The position numbers were made by a program, and so were the translations under genes. The notes beneath the pieces are model-generated. The model ran no database searches. It saw nothing but the letters and a program-made list of their open reading frames with translations, and was not told the DNA's origin. Of a stretch of 64,000 nt of DNA, positions 28,983 to 38,426 are shown piece after piece. Numbering within the stretch: the stretch's first letter is position 1; each line of letters starts with the position of its first letter. Source of the stretch: Pseudomonadota bacterium (GTDB taxonomy: Bacteria; Desulfobacterota; Desulfobulbia; Desulfobulbales; VMSU01); assembly GCA_031400755.1 (NCBI GenBank), contig JANNQL010000246.1:1008-65007 (forward strand). The letters are read 5' to 3'.

Positions 28983-29753
28983 TCAATGACCAGCAGTGAC
29001 TTCTTCTATCTCTGCCTGGAGGGAGGTGATGACCTTGTCAGGATCATCAGCCTTGGTGATTGGTCGGCCGACCACGACATAATCGGCGCCTGAGGCGATG
29101 GCCTGGCCGGCGCTCATCACCCGTTTTTGGTCGTCATTTTCAGCGATATTGGCCCCTGGTCTGATGCCAGGGGTGACGATCAGGAGCTTTTCGCCCAATT
29201 GATTCCGCAGGCGAGCGGCCTCCAGGCCGGAGGAGACGATGCCGTCGCAACCGAGTTCGAGGGCCCGCTTGGCCCGGTAATAGACGAGGTCCTCAATGCT
29301 CCCGGTCATGCCCATGGCCCGTAAATCCTCTTCTCCGAAGCTGGTCAACACCGTCACCGCCAGAATCTTCAGGCTCTCGTCAGCGGACTTGTCTTGGGTC
29401 GCGGCCAAGGCTGCCTTGACAATGGCGTCATTGCCATGCACCGTGGCCAGGGTGACCTGGCGGGCCATGAGTTGCTTGACCGCCAGGTGGACGGTCTCCG
29501 GGATATCAAAAAATTTAAGATCGACCATGACCTTGTGGCCTCGCCCGACAATCCAATCGACGGTGTGAAACCAATCCGCCATAAACAGCTGTAGGCCGAC
29601 CTTGTAAAAGCCGAGCCTCGATTCGGTGGCCAGGACCAGTTGTTTCGCCGTCTCGGCATTGGGAACATCAAGGGCCAGGATGATCCTGTCTCGTAAGGGG
29701 ATGTTTTTCATTCTAGCGGCCTCAGCAGGAGAAAAAGTTGTGGCGTTCGGCAC
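28983..29753 (-). CDS. pyrF: Orotidine 5'-phosphate decarboxylase
   Basis: ILALDV, DLKFFDIP, VVVGRPI. Start may instead be the internal MKNIPL (29711). Confidence 0.88.
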   Translation of the reverse strand: MPNATTFSPAEAARMKNIPLRDRIILALDVPNAETAKQLVLATESRLGFYKVGLQLFMADWFHTVDWIVGRGHKVMVDLKFFDIPETVHLAVKQLMARQVTLATVHGNDAIVKAALAATQDKSADESLKILAVTVLTSFGEEDLRAMGMTGSIEDLVYYRAKRALELGCDGIVSSGLEAARLRNQLGEKLLIVTPGIRPGANIAENDDQKRVMSAGQAIASGADYVVVGRPITKADDPDKVITSLQAEIEEVTAGH

Positions 29754-29891
29754 ATGGGGTGGCGGAACTCAATTTGAGCAGATGCTTACCAGAACATCGG
29801 GAAAATTGCCATAGGCATGACGGTGTTTACTGATGTCCGGGAAGCTATTTGCCTTTATACTACAAGCGGGCATGATTTGTGTAGTGGATCA

Positions 29892-29940
29892 GGACTACGG
29901 ACTGAGGACTAAGGACTGAGGACTAAGGACTGAGGGACGG
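29892..29940. repeat. Tandem heptanucleotide array (GGACTRM) x6 plus one degenerate unit
   Basis: GGACTAC GGACTGA GGACTAA GGACTGA GGACTAA GGACTGA GGGACGG; inverted partial copy CTCAGTCCT at 29952..29960. Confidence 0.85.
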
Positions 29941-30095
29941 TATGATCTTCACTCAGTCCTCTTTGGATATATGTACTATCCGCCTTGACATGGGCATGTT
30001 GACTCCCGTACAGTAATTGAGGGTCGTTTGCTCGTCCCCTTTGCGGTATTGAGCTTGGCGTATGTAACTCATAAATCTCAGGAAACCGTTTTGTC

Positions 30096-31046
30096 ATGTC
30101 GCGTCCATTCGTCATCATTGACCATTCCTGCTACCTGGAGCATGACACCGGCGGTGGTCTGCACCCGGAGGTGCCGGGCCGGGTCGCCGCCATCCGTCAG
30201 CGGTTGCTGACAAGCCGCTTGGCCTCGCTGATGACCCGGCACGAGCCCAAGCCCCTCGGTCGTGCCGATCTGCTGGCCGTGCATGACGAGGCCTATCTGT
30301 TCAGGTTGGAGGAGGCCTGCCTGGCAGGGCAGACCAGTATAGATCATTCCGATAACCAGATCAGTTATGAATCATTCGATGTCGCACTGCTGTCAGCAGC
30401 AGCTGGTACAACCGGTATTGATTTTCAGGAAAACGGTCAGGCCGGGACGGTGTTCTGTTCGGTCCGACCGCCTGGCCACCATGCCGAGCGGTCTACGGCC
30501 TTGGGCTTTTGTTTTCTGAATAATGTGGCCATTGCCGTCCGTTACTGGCAAAAGGCCTATGGTCGCAAAAAGATCTTTATCATCGACTGGGACGCCCACC
30601 ACGGCAACGGTATCCAGAGCGCCTTTGAAAACGATCCTAATGTCTTTTATGCCAGCATCCACGAACACCCGACTTTTAGTTTCCCAGGGACAGGTTATGC
30701 CGATGAACGCGGCCTTGGTGATGGCCTCGGCACTACCCTGAATGTGCCGCTACCGCCGGGAGCTGGTGACGAAATGCTGATGGAGGCCATCCAAGGCAAA
30801 ATTGCCGAGGCCTTTTTGACCTTTAAACCCGAGGCCCTGATTGTGGCGGCGGGTTTTGACGGGCACTTAGACGATGACATGTCAGGGCTCTCCTATTCCA
30901 CCAGCGTCTACGAAAAGTTAGGCGCGATCATGCAGCAATGGGGCCAGCACTGCCAGGGCAGGGTGGTGTCGATCCTGGAAGGCGGTTATCATCTTGAATC
31001 ACTTTCGGCAAGCGTCGAGGCCTATCTGGCCGGGCTCACCGGCTAA
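30096..31046 (+). CDS. Histone deacetylase-family (AcuC/HDAH-like) Zn-dependent deacetylase
   Basis: 316 aa; VRPPGHHAE, DWDAHHGNG, AAGFDGH, EGGYH. Confidence 0.85.
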   Translation: MSRPFVIIDHSCYLEHDTGGGLHPEVPGRVAAIRQRLLTSRLASLMTRHEPKPLGRADLLAVHDEAYLFRLEEACLAGQTSIDHSDNQISYESFDVALLSAAAGTTGIDFQENGQAGTVFCSVRPPGHHAERSTALGFCFLNNVAIAVRYWQKAYGRKKIFIIDWDAHHGNGIQSAFENDPNVFYASIHEHPTFSFPGTGYADERGLGDGLGTTLNVPLPPGAGDEMLMEAIQGKIAEAFLTFKPEALIVAAGFDGHLDDDMSGLSYSTSVYEKLGAIMQQWGQHCQGRVVSILEGGYHLESLSASVEAYLAGLTG

Positions 31047-31091
31047 GCCGTTGTATGAAAATAACCTAGTCAGTCTGGTTAGCCAAAACGG

Positions 31092-31113
31092 CATCCCCCT
31101 CAAGGGGGGACTG
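31092..31113. repeat. GC-hairpin repeat copy (same as the reverse complement of 18121..18144)
   Basis: CATCCCCC-TCAA-GGGGGGACTG. Confidence 0.5.
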
Positions 31114-31197
31114 AACAGAGTAAGGAGCCGTAATGGAACGGTCAGAATTGTACAAGTTATTTCGTAACGGCTCCTAAAAGGCAGAGGAGGGGAATTC

Positions 31198-31863
31198 ATG
31201 TATGTCACAAACTATATGAAAAGAGCACCGGTGACGGTGAGGCCTGAGACCAGTATCGCTGAAGTAAAATCAATCCTGGAGACCAAGCACTTCCGGCACT
31301 TGCCGGTGGTGGATGATAAAGGCCGCCTGCTTGGCATGGTGACGGACCGAGACGTCCGTTCGGCCTATCCATCGTCGGTTGTGAGCGATAAGCAAAACAA
31401 GGATGAGATGCTGAAGGTCAGCCAGTCACCGGTCTGTGAGATCATGACTTGGGATGTGGTCTTTCTTGCTCCCTACGCCACCTTGGATGATGCCCTCATC
31501 CTGCTCGACCGGCAAAAGGTCGGGGCCTTGCCGGTAGTGGATGAGGACCGGACGGTGATTGGCATCTTCTCAATCAGTGATTTGATCCAGGCCTATACCA
31601 AACTTTTTGGCTTGGGCGAACGGGGGTCGGCCCTGGTCGGCGTCAAGGCCGATGGTAAGCCCCGGCCGCTGACCAGAATTGTCCATGTCCTGGAAGAGCA
31701 CGGCATTCATTTTAACCGGGTGGTGCGCAAGAAGGATGACACCCCCGGTGCGAGCTTCGAAACGATCACCATTCGGGTGAACACCATGAATATACGTGCC
31801 GTGCACCGGGCCCTGGAAGAGGCAGGTTTTGTCATCGACCCCATGCAGCCCGATCGATCATAG
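31198..31863 (+). CDS. CBS-pair + ACT-like domain protein (AcuB-like)
   Basis: 221 aa; two CBS repeats (HLPVVDDKGRLLGMVTDRD, ALPVVDEDRTVIGIFSISD) and a C-terminal ACT-like fold. Confidence 0.75.
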   Translation: MYVTNYMKRAPVTVRPETSIAEVKSILETKHFRHLPVVDDKGRLLGMVTDRDVRSAYPSSVVSDKQNKDEMLKVSQSPVCEIMTWDVVFLAPYATLDDALILLDRQKVGALPVVDEDRTVIGIFSISDLIQAYTKLFGLGERGSALVGVKADGKPRPLTRIVHVLEEHGIHFNRVVRKKDDTPGASFETITIRVNTMNIRAVHRALEEAGFVIDPMQPDRS

Positions 31864-31876
31864 GATTTATTTATTT

Positions 31877-33967
31877 ATGCTGGAAGCCTTATTTCAACCC
31901 AAGACTATCGCTATCATCGGCGCCTCTCGAACCGCTGGCACCTTTGGTAATCGCCTCCTGGCCAATATCATCCAGGGCGGCTTTGCTGGCACTATCGTGC
32001 CGGTCAATCCGAAAGCCGATTCTATCCTGGGGCTACCCTGCTATCACAAACTAGTTGAATTTTCTGGCCGTATAGATTTAGGGATCATCGTGGTCCCGGC
32101 CTCACAATGCAAGGAGGCGGTGCGGGAGGCCATGGATGCCGGGGCCCGGGCCGTGGTCTGCCTGGCAGTGGGATTTAAGGAATCTGGCGAGGCAGGGGCT
32201 GAACTGGAAACGGAGATTGCCGAGATCTGCGCTCTGCGTGATGTGCGGCTCCTGGGGCCCAACTGCCTGGGCCTGATAAATACCGACCACCACCTCTTCG
32301 CCTTTGACTCCGAACAACGACCGAGGCTGGGCGGCATTTCGATGCTTTCCCAGTCCAGCTCAATCTGTTCGTTGTTTCTGGACAGGCTGGTCAACGCTCA
32401 GTTGGGTCTGGCCAAGATGATCAGCATCGGCAACAAGGCCGATCTCTCTGAAATCGATCTCTTGCGGGAGTTGGCGGTTGACCCGCAAACCTCAGTCATT
32501 ATCGGCTATCTGGAGAGTATCAATGCCGGCGATGGTTTTGTAAAAGCTGCTGAGTACGCCACCTCCCGCAAACCGGTGATCATCTTGAAGGCCGCCACTA
32601 CTTTGGCCGGTCGCAAGGCGGTGGCGGCCCATTCGGGCGAGATGATCGGCCAGGATTCGGCCTATGGCGCGGCCTTCAGGCGTTCCGGGGTGATTCGGGC
32701 CGATACCATGGGCGCCCTGTTTGATTTGACTGCGGCCTTTACCCTGCAACCCTTGCCCAAGGGCAATCGGGTCCTGGTGTTGACCAATGCCGGTGGCCCT
32801 GGAATTATGGCGGTGGACGCCATTGAACGGGCCGGGCTGGTTGCCGCTTATCTGGAGGCGTCGGCCTCGCTTGCCCTCCGTGCGGAACTGCCGGACGCCT
32901 CGACAATTTATAACCCCATCGACCTGTTGGCTGACGCCAGCCCAGAACGGTATCGATTAGCGATTAGCCTCATCTTGGCCGACCGCAATGTCGATGCCTT
33001 GGTGGTGGTCTTTGCGGACCGGGGGCCCAACAGGCAGGCGTCGGAGATTGCCCGCCTGATTGTGGACTGCAATCATCGCCAGAAACCGATGGTGGCTTGT
33101 TTTATGGGTGGCGGGGCAACGGCCCGTGACATTTTGATTCATGGCGGCGTACCGGCCTACGACTCACCGGAGCGGGCCGTTGCCGTACTTAAGGCCATGA
33201 GCGAGTATGTGGCCTGGCGCCATCGTCCACCCCGGGTGGTGACCCGATTCAAGGTGCACCGGCGACCGGTCGAAAGGATCATTTTCCGCCACCTGCGCAG
33301 CAATCGACTCCATATTGCCGAGGTCAAGGCCAAGGACATCCTCAAGGCCTATGATTTCCAGGTACCTGAAGGTCATCTGGCGGTTTCGGTGGAGGAGGCC
33401 ATTGAACAGGCCGAGCGCATCGGCTATCCGGTGGCCATGAAAATTGTCTCACCAGATATTGTTCACAAGAGTGATATGGGCGGGGTCAAGCTCAACATTG
33501 TCAACCGCCAAGGGGTCTGCGATGGTTTTGACCTGATGATGCTGCGGGTCAACCAGTTAGCTCCAGGGGCCTTGATTGATGGGATTTACATAGAGAAGAT
33601 GCTTGACCGTGGTCTGGAAGTCATCTTGGGTATGCACCGTGATCCGCACTTCGGGCCGATGCTGATGTTCGGTCTGGGCGGCATATATGTCGAGGTCATG
33701 AAGGACGTGGCCTTCAACCTGGCCCCCATAACTTTTGACGAGGCCATGACCATGCTGACCAGCACCAAATCCTATCAGATGCTGGTCGGGGCGCGTGGTG
33801 AGGGTGGGGTGGACATGAAGGCCATCGCCCACTGCCTGCAGAAGATAAGTCAACTTGCTACCGACTTCCCACAGATTGCCGAACTGGAGATCAATCCCTT
33901 GATAGTCGGTGAGATCGGCACCGAACCAGTGGTGGCGGACGCCAAGATCAATCTGCGTGGGAATTAA
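31877..33967 (+). CDS. NDP-forming acyl-CoA synthetase-like protein (CoA-binding + CoA-ligase + ATP-grasp), Pat N-terminal-domain-like, no GNAT
   Basis: Start at MLEALFQPKTIAIIGAS (ATG 31877); GPNCLG, AAHSGEM loop; ATP-grasp segment YPVAMKIVSPDIVHKSDMGGVKLNI. Confidence 0.8.
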   Translation: MLEALFQPKTIAIIGASRTAGTFGNRLLANIIQGGFAGTIVPVNPKADSILGLPCYHKLVEFSGRIDLGIIVVPASQCKEAVREAMDAGARAVVCLAVGFKESGEAGAELETEIAEICALRDVRLLGPNCLGLINTDHHLFAFDSEQRPRLGGISMLSQSSSICSLFLDRLVNAQLGLAKMISIGNKADLSEIDLLRELAVDPQTSVIIGYLESINAGDGFVKAAEYATSRKPVIILKAATTLAGRKAVAAHSGEMIGQDSAYGAAFRRSGVIRADTMGALFDLTAAFTLQPLPKGNRVLVLTNAGGPGIMAVDAIERAGLVAAYLEASASLALRAELPDASTIYNPIDLLADASPERYRLAISLILADRNVDALVVVFADRGPNRQASEIARLIVDCNHRQKPMVACFMGGGATARDILIHGGVPAYDSPERAVAVLKAMSEYVAWRHRPPRVVTRFKVHRRPVERIIFRHLRSNRLHIAEVKAKDILKAYDFQVPEGHLAVSVEEAIEQAERIGYPVAMKIVSPDIVHKSDMGGVKLNIVNRQGVCDGFDLMMLRVNQLAPGALIDGIYIEKMLDRGLEVILGMHRDPHFGPMLMFGLGGIYVEVMKDVAFNLAPITFDEAMTMLTSTKSYQMLVGARGEGGVDMKAIAHCLQKISQLATDFPQIAELEINPLIVGEIGTEPVVADAKINLRGN

Positions 33968-33970
33968 ACT

Positions 33971-35866
33971 ATGACAGACGCCCCAGCTCCATTCTATGAT
34001 CCCAACTGGCAGGAACGGTATCGTTCCATGATCACCACGGCCAAGGATGCCTTGCGTTCTTTGCGTCCCGGTCAGCGGGTCTTTATCGGTACCGGTTGCG
34101 CAGAACCCCAGGAACTGGTGCAGGCCTTGACTGACCGGGCCCATGAACTTCAAGACATCGAGATCATCCATCTCCTGACCAAAGGGGACGCCCTTTACGC
34201 CGCAAAAGAATACGCCGATTGCTTCCGGGTGAACAGTTTTTTTATCGGTCATAATGTTCGCGATCAGATCCAGGAGGGCTTGGGCGATTATACCCCGGTC
34301 CTGTTGTCCGACATCCCCCGGCTCTTCAACTCAGGCCAGGTCCCCATCGACGTCGCCCTGATTCAGGTTACGCCGCCGGACCTTCGCGGCAGGGTAAGCC
34401 TTGGCATCTCGGTGGATATCGTCAAGAGCGCCGCTGCCAACGCCTCGCAAGTCATTGCCCTGGTCAATGAGCAGATGCCGTTTACCTTTGGCGACAGTCT
34501 GCTGGATATTAATGACCTTGATGTCCTGGTGCCTGCCAACACCCCTCTTCTGGAACGGGCCTCCAAGCCGCCGCATCCGGCGACCGATACCATTGCCCAG
34601 CATATAGCCGCCCTGATTCAGGATGGAGACTGCCTGCAGTTCGGTATGGGCCGGATTCCAGGCATTGGCCGCATACCGCCGGCGGTGATGAATTACCTGC
34701 TGGACAAGCGCGACCTTGGTCTCCATACCGAGATGATCACCGACAGCATCATTAAACTGGTTGAGGCCGGGGTGTTGACCGGCAAGAAAAAGACACTCGA
34801 TCGCGGCAAGCTCGTGGCCTCATTCTGTATGGGGACGCGGCGGCTCTATGATTTGATCCACCTTAATCCGCTTTTTGCCTTCAAGCCGTCTGAGTATGTC
34901 AATGATCCAATGATCATCAGCCGGCAGGAGCGCATGGTCTCGATCAACATGGCCATGGAGATTGACCTGAGCGGCCAGGTTTGCACCGACTCAATCGGCG
35001 AAAAGTTTTATTCAGGTATCGGCGGTCAGATCGATTTTAACCGGGGAGCGGCCCGCTCTCCTGGTGGCAAGGCCATTCTGGTCATCGCCGCAGTGGATGA
35101 GGAGAACCACAAATCACGGATTGTGTTGCGGCTTAGTCCTGGGGCCGGGGTCAGTATCACCCGGGGCGATGTGCATTATGTGGTCAGTGAGTATGGGGTG
35201 GCCTATCTGCACGGCAAGACGGTCCAAGAGCGGGCCCTGGCCCTGATCTCCATCGCCCATCCCGATTACCGGGCGAAATTGTTTCAGGAGGCCATAGATT
35301 GTAAATTGATCCGCAGCGAACATGCCAATGTCCTGGCTGGCTTTGTGGTGGCGGTCGGTGGACGTAAAAAGAAGGTGGTGCTGGCCGATGGCCTGGAGGC
35401 CTGCCTGCGCCCGATTCAACCGACAGACGAACAGGGAATCAAAAATCTGGTCTACTCCTTGTCGCAAGAGAGCCTCTATTATCGTTTTATGACCCGGACC
35501 AAGCATTTCGGCGCCAAGCAGATCTTTGATTTTATCTATGTCGATCACCGCAGTAATGTCGCCCTGGTTGTCACTATCCCCGAGGCCCATGGCGAGGACA
35601 TCATCGCGGTGGGCCGTTATTTCCTAGACAAAAAAACTAACCGCGCCGAGGTCGCCTTTGTGGTCCGTGACGAGTGGCAGGGCCGGGGCATTGGCAAGTT
35701 GTTGTTTGAGGCGCTGGTGGTGATCGCCAAACAGAACGGGATCGTAGGGTTTACCGCCGAAGTCCTTCGTGAAAACCGTAAGATGCAGGCCGTGCTCAAT
35801 TGTTGCGGACTTACGGTTACCAGTCATCTGGAAGATGATGTCTACAGTTTTAATATGGATTTTTAG
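33971..35866 (+). CDS. Acetyl-CoA hydrolase/CoA-transferase family domain fused to a C-terminal Pat-type GNAT acetyltransferase domain
   Basis: 631 aa; SGIGGQIDFNRGA (CoA-transferase). C-terminal LRPIQPTDEQG...YYRFM...VAFVVRDEWQGRGIGKLL (GNAT Q/RxxGxG). Confidence 0.8.
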   Translation: MTDAPAPFYDPNWQERYRSMITTAKDALRSLRPGQRVFIGTGCAEPQELVQALTDRAHELQDIEIIHLLTKGDALYAAKEYADCFRVNSFFIGHNVRDQIQEGLGDYTPVLLSDIPRLFNSGQVPIDVALIQVTPPDLRGRVSLGISVDIVKSAAANASQVIALVNEQMPFTFGDSLLDINDLDVLVPANTPLLERASKPPHPATDTIAQHIAALIQDGDCLQFGMGRIPGIGRIPPAVMNYLLDKRDLGLHTEMITDSIIKLVEAGVLTGKKKTLDRGKLVASFCMGTRRLYDLIHLNPLFAFKPSEYVNDPMIISRQERMVSINMAMEIDLSGQVCTDSIGEKFYSGIGGQIDFNRGAARSPGGKAILVIAAVDEENHKSRIVLRLSPGAGVSITRGDVHYVVSEYGVAYLHGKTVQERALALISIAHPDYRAKLFQEAIDCKLIRSEHANVLAGFVVAVGGRKKKVVLADGLEACLRPIQPTDEQGIKNLVYSLSQESLYYRFMTRTKHFGAKQIFDFIYVDHRSNVALVVTIPEAHGEDIIAVGRYFLDKKTNRAEVAFVVRDEWQGRGIGKLLFEALVVIAKQNGIVGFTAEVLRENRKMQAVLNCCGLTVTSHLEDDVYSFNMDF

Positions 35867-35907
35867 TCTGGGGCCAGGATAATGTGACATTACGGCATTA
35901 GAAAATT

Positions 35908-35935
35908 TTGACTTAGACTGTTTTTCTGATATTCT
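35908..35935 (+). promoter_or_regulatory. Candidate sigma70-type promoter for fba
   Basis: TTGACT-N16-TATTCT, about 70 nt upstream of the start. Confidence 0.25.
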
Positions 35936-36006
35936 AACCAAATCGTTGAGTTTCCTGGGCCTGGCTATTTTTGTTGTGACAACCTAATTAACATCTATGA
36001 AGGAGA

Positions 36007-37284
36007 ATGATGATGGCTGATTTTCAAAAGGCGCTCGAAGTTGGCAGGCCGCCTAATATTGTTAAACTGTTCCCGAACTCCAAGGCCTTGATCGTCAGCG
36101 GCAAGGTCATTGACCGGGCACTGATCAGTAAGGGACGGGCCATGACCATTGCTGCCAATGGCCGCAATAATTTTGTCATTCGTGGGGTCCTGCGGGCCGC
36201 CCAACGGGCCAATGCCTGCGTCATAATCGAAATCGCCCGCTCGGAAGGCGGGGCCAAGGCCTATTGCCCAACTAATTATTGGAATATGGCGCTCCAGGTT
36301 GACGCGGCCTGTAATGAGTTGGGGATTACGGTGCCGGTGGCGGTCCATGCCGATCATTATGGCATCAAGAAGCCGGCTGATCTGGCCTTTGCCAAGGTGG
36401 AGATCCCGACCCTTTTTGAGGCAGGCATCACCTCAATCGCCATTGATGCATCTCACATGGCGGATGACGAAAACCTGATGGCCAATATCGCCTTGAGTCC
36501 CTTTATCCCAGCCTGGGCTGGACTGGAGACCGAGGTCGGCGAGATTAAGGGCGACCAAGGGCTGTCCACGGTCGATGATGCCAAATTCCTGATCCAGGGC
36601 ATGAACGCCCATGGTATCTTTGCCGATTGGATTGCCTTGAATAACGGCACGACCCACGGCCTTGAATCAAGCGGCCAGGGCATTCAGGTCGATTTGACGG
36701 CGGAAATTCACCACCAGCTTGAGCCATACAAGGTCTCTGGCGCCCAACACGGCACCTCTGGTAATTCATCGGAACGACTGCGGGCGATTGCCGCCCAGAC
36801 CAGGACCACAAAGGCCAATGTCGCAACCGCCCTGCAAATGGTTTCTTGGGGAGTCGAGGTCAATGACTATGGCAACGCTATTTTGGACGGCAGCGGCAAT
36901 TTCATTAAGGTCAAGGGCGAGGGCATGAGCGAAGAGATGTGGGCCGAGATGGTCGCCTATGCCAATGACAAGGGCTGGAAAGCCGGCGATTACAAAAGCC
37001 TGAATCTGCCTTTTGAGCCCAAGTTCATGGGACAGCCGAAGGAAATTCGGGAGAGGATGGTCCGGCGGGTAGAGGATTTTGTCTACTCAATGCTGGTCAA
37101 TGTCTTTAACGCCCAAGATACCGCCCCGCTTGCCATTTCTACGATATTGCAGGCTGGCTCCTACAATGTCGGTCCGAAAGCGACGCGCATTGAAGACCCG
37201 GGTGCTTGGACTGAGGAGAAGATAAGGCAAAAGGCCGCCGCCCTGACCACGGATAAGGGGCCAGGTGGCAATTTTGACGATTGA
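36007..37284 (+). CDS. fba: Class II fructose/ketose-bisphosphate aldolase (long form)
   Basis: 425 aa; VAVHADHYG, GAQHGTSG metal/phosphate motifs. Confidence 0.8.
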   Translation: MMMADFQKALEVGRPPNIVKLFPNSKALIVSGKVIDRALISKGRAMTIAANGRNNFVIRGVLRAAQRANACVIIEIARSEGGAKAYCPTNYWNMALQVDAACNELGITVPVAVHADHYGIKKPADLAFAKVEIPTLFEAGITSIAIDASHMADDENLMANIALSPFIPAWAGLETEVGEIKGDQGLSTVDDAKFLIQGMNAHGIFADWIALNNGTTHGLESSGQGIQVDLTAEIHHQLEPYKVSGAQHGTSGNSSERLRAIAAQTRTTKANVATALQMVSWGVEVNDYGNAILDGSGNFIKVKGEGMSEEMWAEMVAYANDKGWKAGDYKSLNLPFEPKFMGQPKEIRERMVRRVEDFVYSMLVNVFNAQDTAPLAISTILQAGSYNVGPKATRIEDPGAWTEEKIRQKAAALTTDKGPGGNFDD

Positions 37285-37402
37285 TAGCGAATTGTTTGGT
37301 GCAAAGTTGCTAATTGTCTGGCATTATGTCCGTGCTTTGATTTGAAGGTAAAGAGCGACTGCAGGAGTCTGTTCTGCGTGAAATTAAGAGGAAATATTAT
37401 TC

Positions 37403-37774
37403 ATGACAAGAAAAATCCTTATCGTCGATGATTCGCCTATTTCCAGGAGAATGCTGAAGAGCTGTTTCCCCAAGGAACAACCCTATGAGTTTTATGAGGC
37501 AGGCGATGGCTTGGCCGGTTTTGAACTTTATAAGGAGGTTCGTCCGGAGATAACCTTTATGGATCTGACCATGCCGGTTATGGATGGCGCGACTTCCATT
37601 GATGAGATTCGAAAGTTTGACCCCAAGGCCTTGGTTATTGTGTCAACCGCCGATGTTCAGATCAAATCGCTCACCCGGGTCATGGAGTTGGGGGCGTTTA
37701 TGGTGTTGAAGAAACCGCCTTCAAAAGAAAGTGTTCTGGACGCCTTGACCCAGAGCGAAGAATTGTTGGGGTGA
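37403..37774 (+). CDS. CheY-like single-domain response regulator
   Basis: 123 aa; ILIVDDS, FMDLTMPVMDG, VSTA, VLKKP. Confidence 0.85.
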   Translation: MTRKILIVDDSPISRRMLKSCFPKEQPYEFYEAGDGLAGFELYKEVRPEITFMDLTMPVMDGATSIDEIRKFDPKALVIVSTADVQIKSLTRVMELGAFMVLKKPPSKESVLDALTQSEELLG

Positions 37775-37781
37775 AATAGCG

Positions 37782-38426
37782 ATGGAACAGGAGCAGACTC
37801 TGCTGAGCGAAGAGGAAAGGGACATTCTGCAAGAGATAATGAACATTGCCTTTGGTCAGGCTACCGCTGATCTGACGGAAATCATTAATGTTCATGTAGT
37901 GTTGAATGTCCCTTATATTAAGGTGCTAAAGGCAATTGACATGCCTGGCTATCTCAAGAATGAGCTTGCCGGGCATGAGGCCATCAGTATGGTCGAGCAG
38001 CACTTCTGGGGGGAGTTTAAAGGGAGTGCCTATCTGATTTTTCCGGCTGGGGCCGGCAAAGAGCTGGTTACGATCATGGGCGAGGGGGGCGGCGAGAATG
38101 AGTTTGAATCGTTTATGTCCGATGTTATGGAAAAAGAGACCCTGATGGAAGTCGGCAATATCCTGATTGGCGCCTGTGTCGGCAAAGTGGCGGAACTGCT
38201 TGGCGACAGGGTTACTTATTCTCCTCCCCGGGTGGCTATCGAGAATTACGCAACTGATTCTCTCCCGGCCGAGATCTTCGATCTCCAGGCATCCGCCATT
38301 GTCCTCAGGACGGTGTTTAACTTTAATGAGCGCGATGTCAGTGGGTTTCTTTTTTTACTCACCAAGTATGATTCAATTAGCTGGTTGAAAAAATCGTTGG
38401 TTACCTTTATGGAGAAGTATGAGTGA
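37782..38426 (+). CDS. CheC-family CheY-P phosphatase (two active-site repeats)
   Basis: Exact D-x3-E-x2-N-x22-P match at DILQEIMN-22aa-P. Second near-exact repeat ETLMEVGN-22aa-P. Confidence 0.8.
   Translation: MEQEQTLLSEEERDILQEIMNIAFGQATADLTEIINVHVVLNVPYIKVLKAIDMPGYLKNELAGHEAISMVEQHFWGEFKGSAYLIFPAGAGKELVTIMGEGGGENEFESFMSDVMEKETLMEVGNILIGACVGKVAELLGDRVTYSPPRVAIENYATDSLPAEIFDLQASAIVLRTVFNFNERDVSGFLFLLTKYDSISWLKKSLVTFMEKYE

Noticed and set aside
29892-29940. CRISPR array
   Set aside because: The units are 7 nt and directly abutting with no spacers, and there are no cas genes. This is a microsatellite-like tandem repeat.
37319-37335. Sigma54 promoter (TGGCAT...GTGC) upstream of the CheY-like gene
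   Set aside because: The spacing and the -12 element do not fit TGGCAC-N5-TTGC. With N5 the -12 position reads CCGT.
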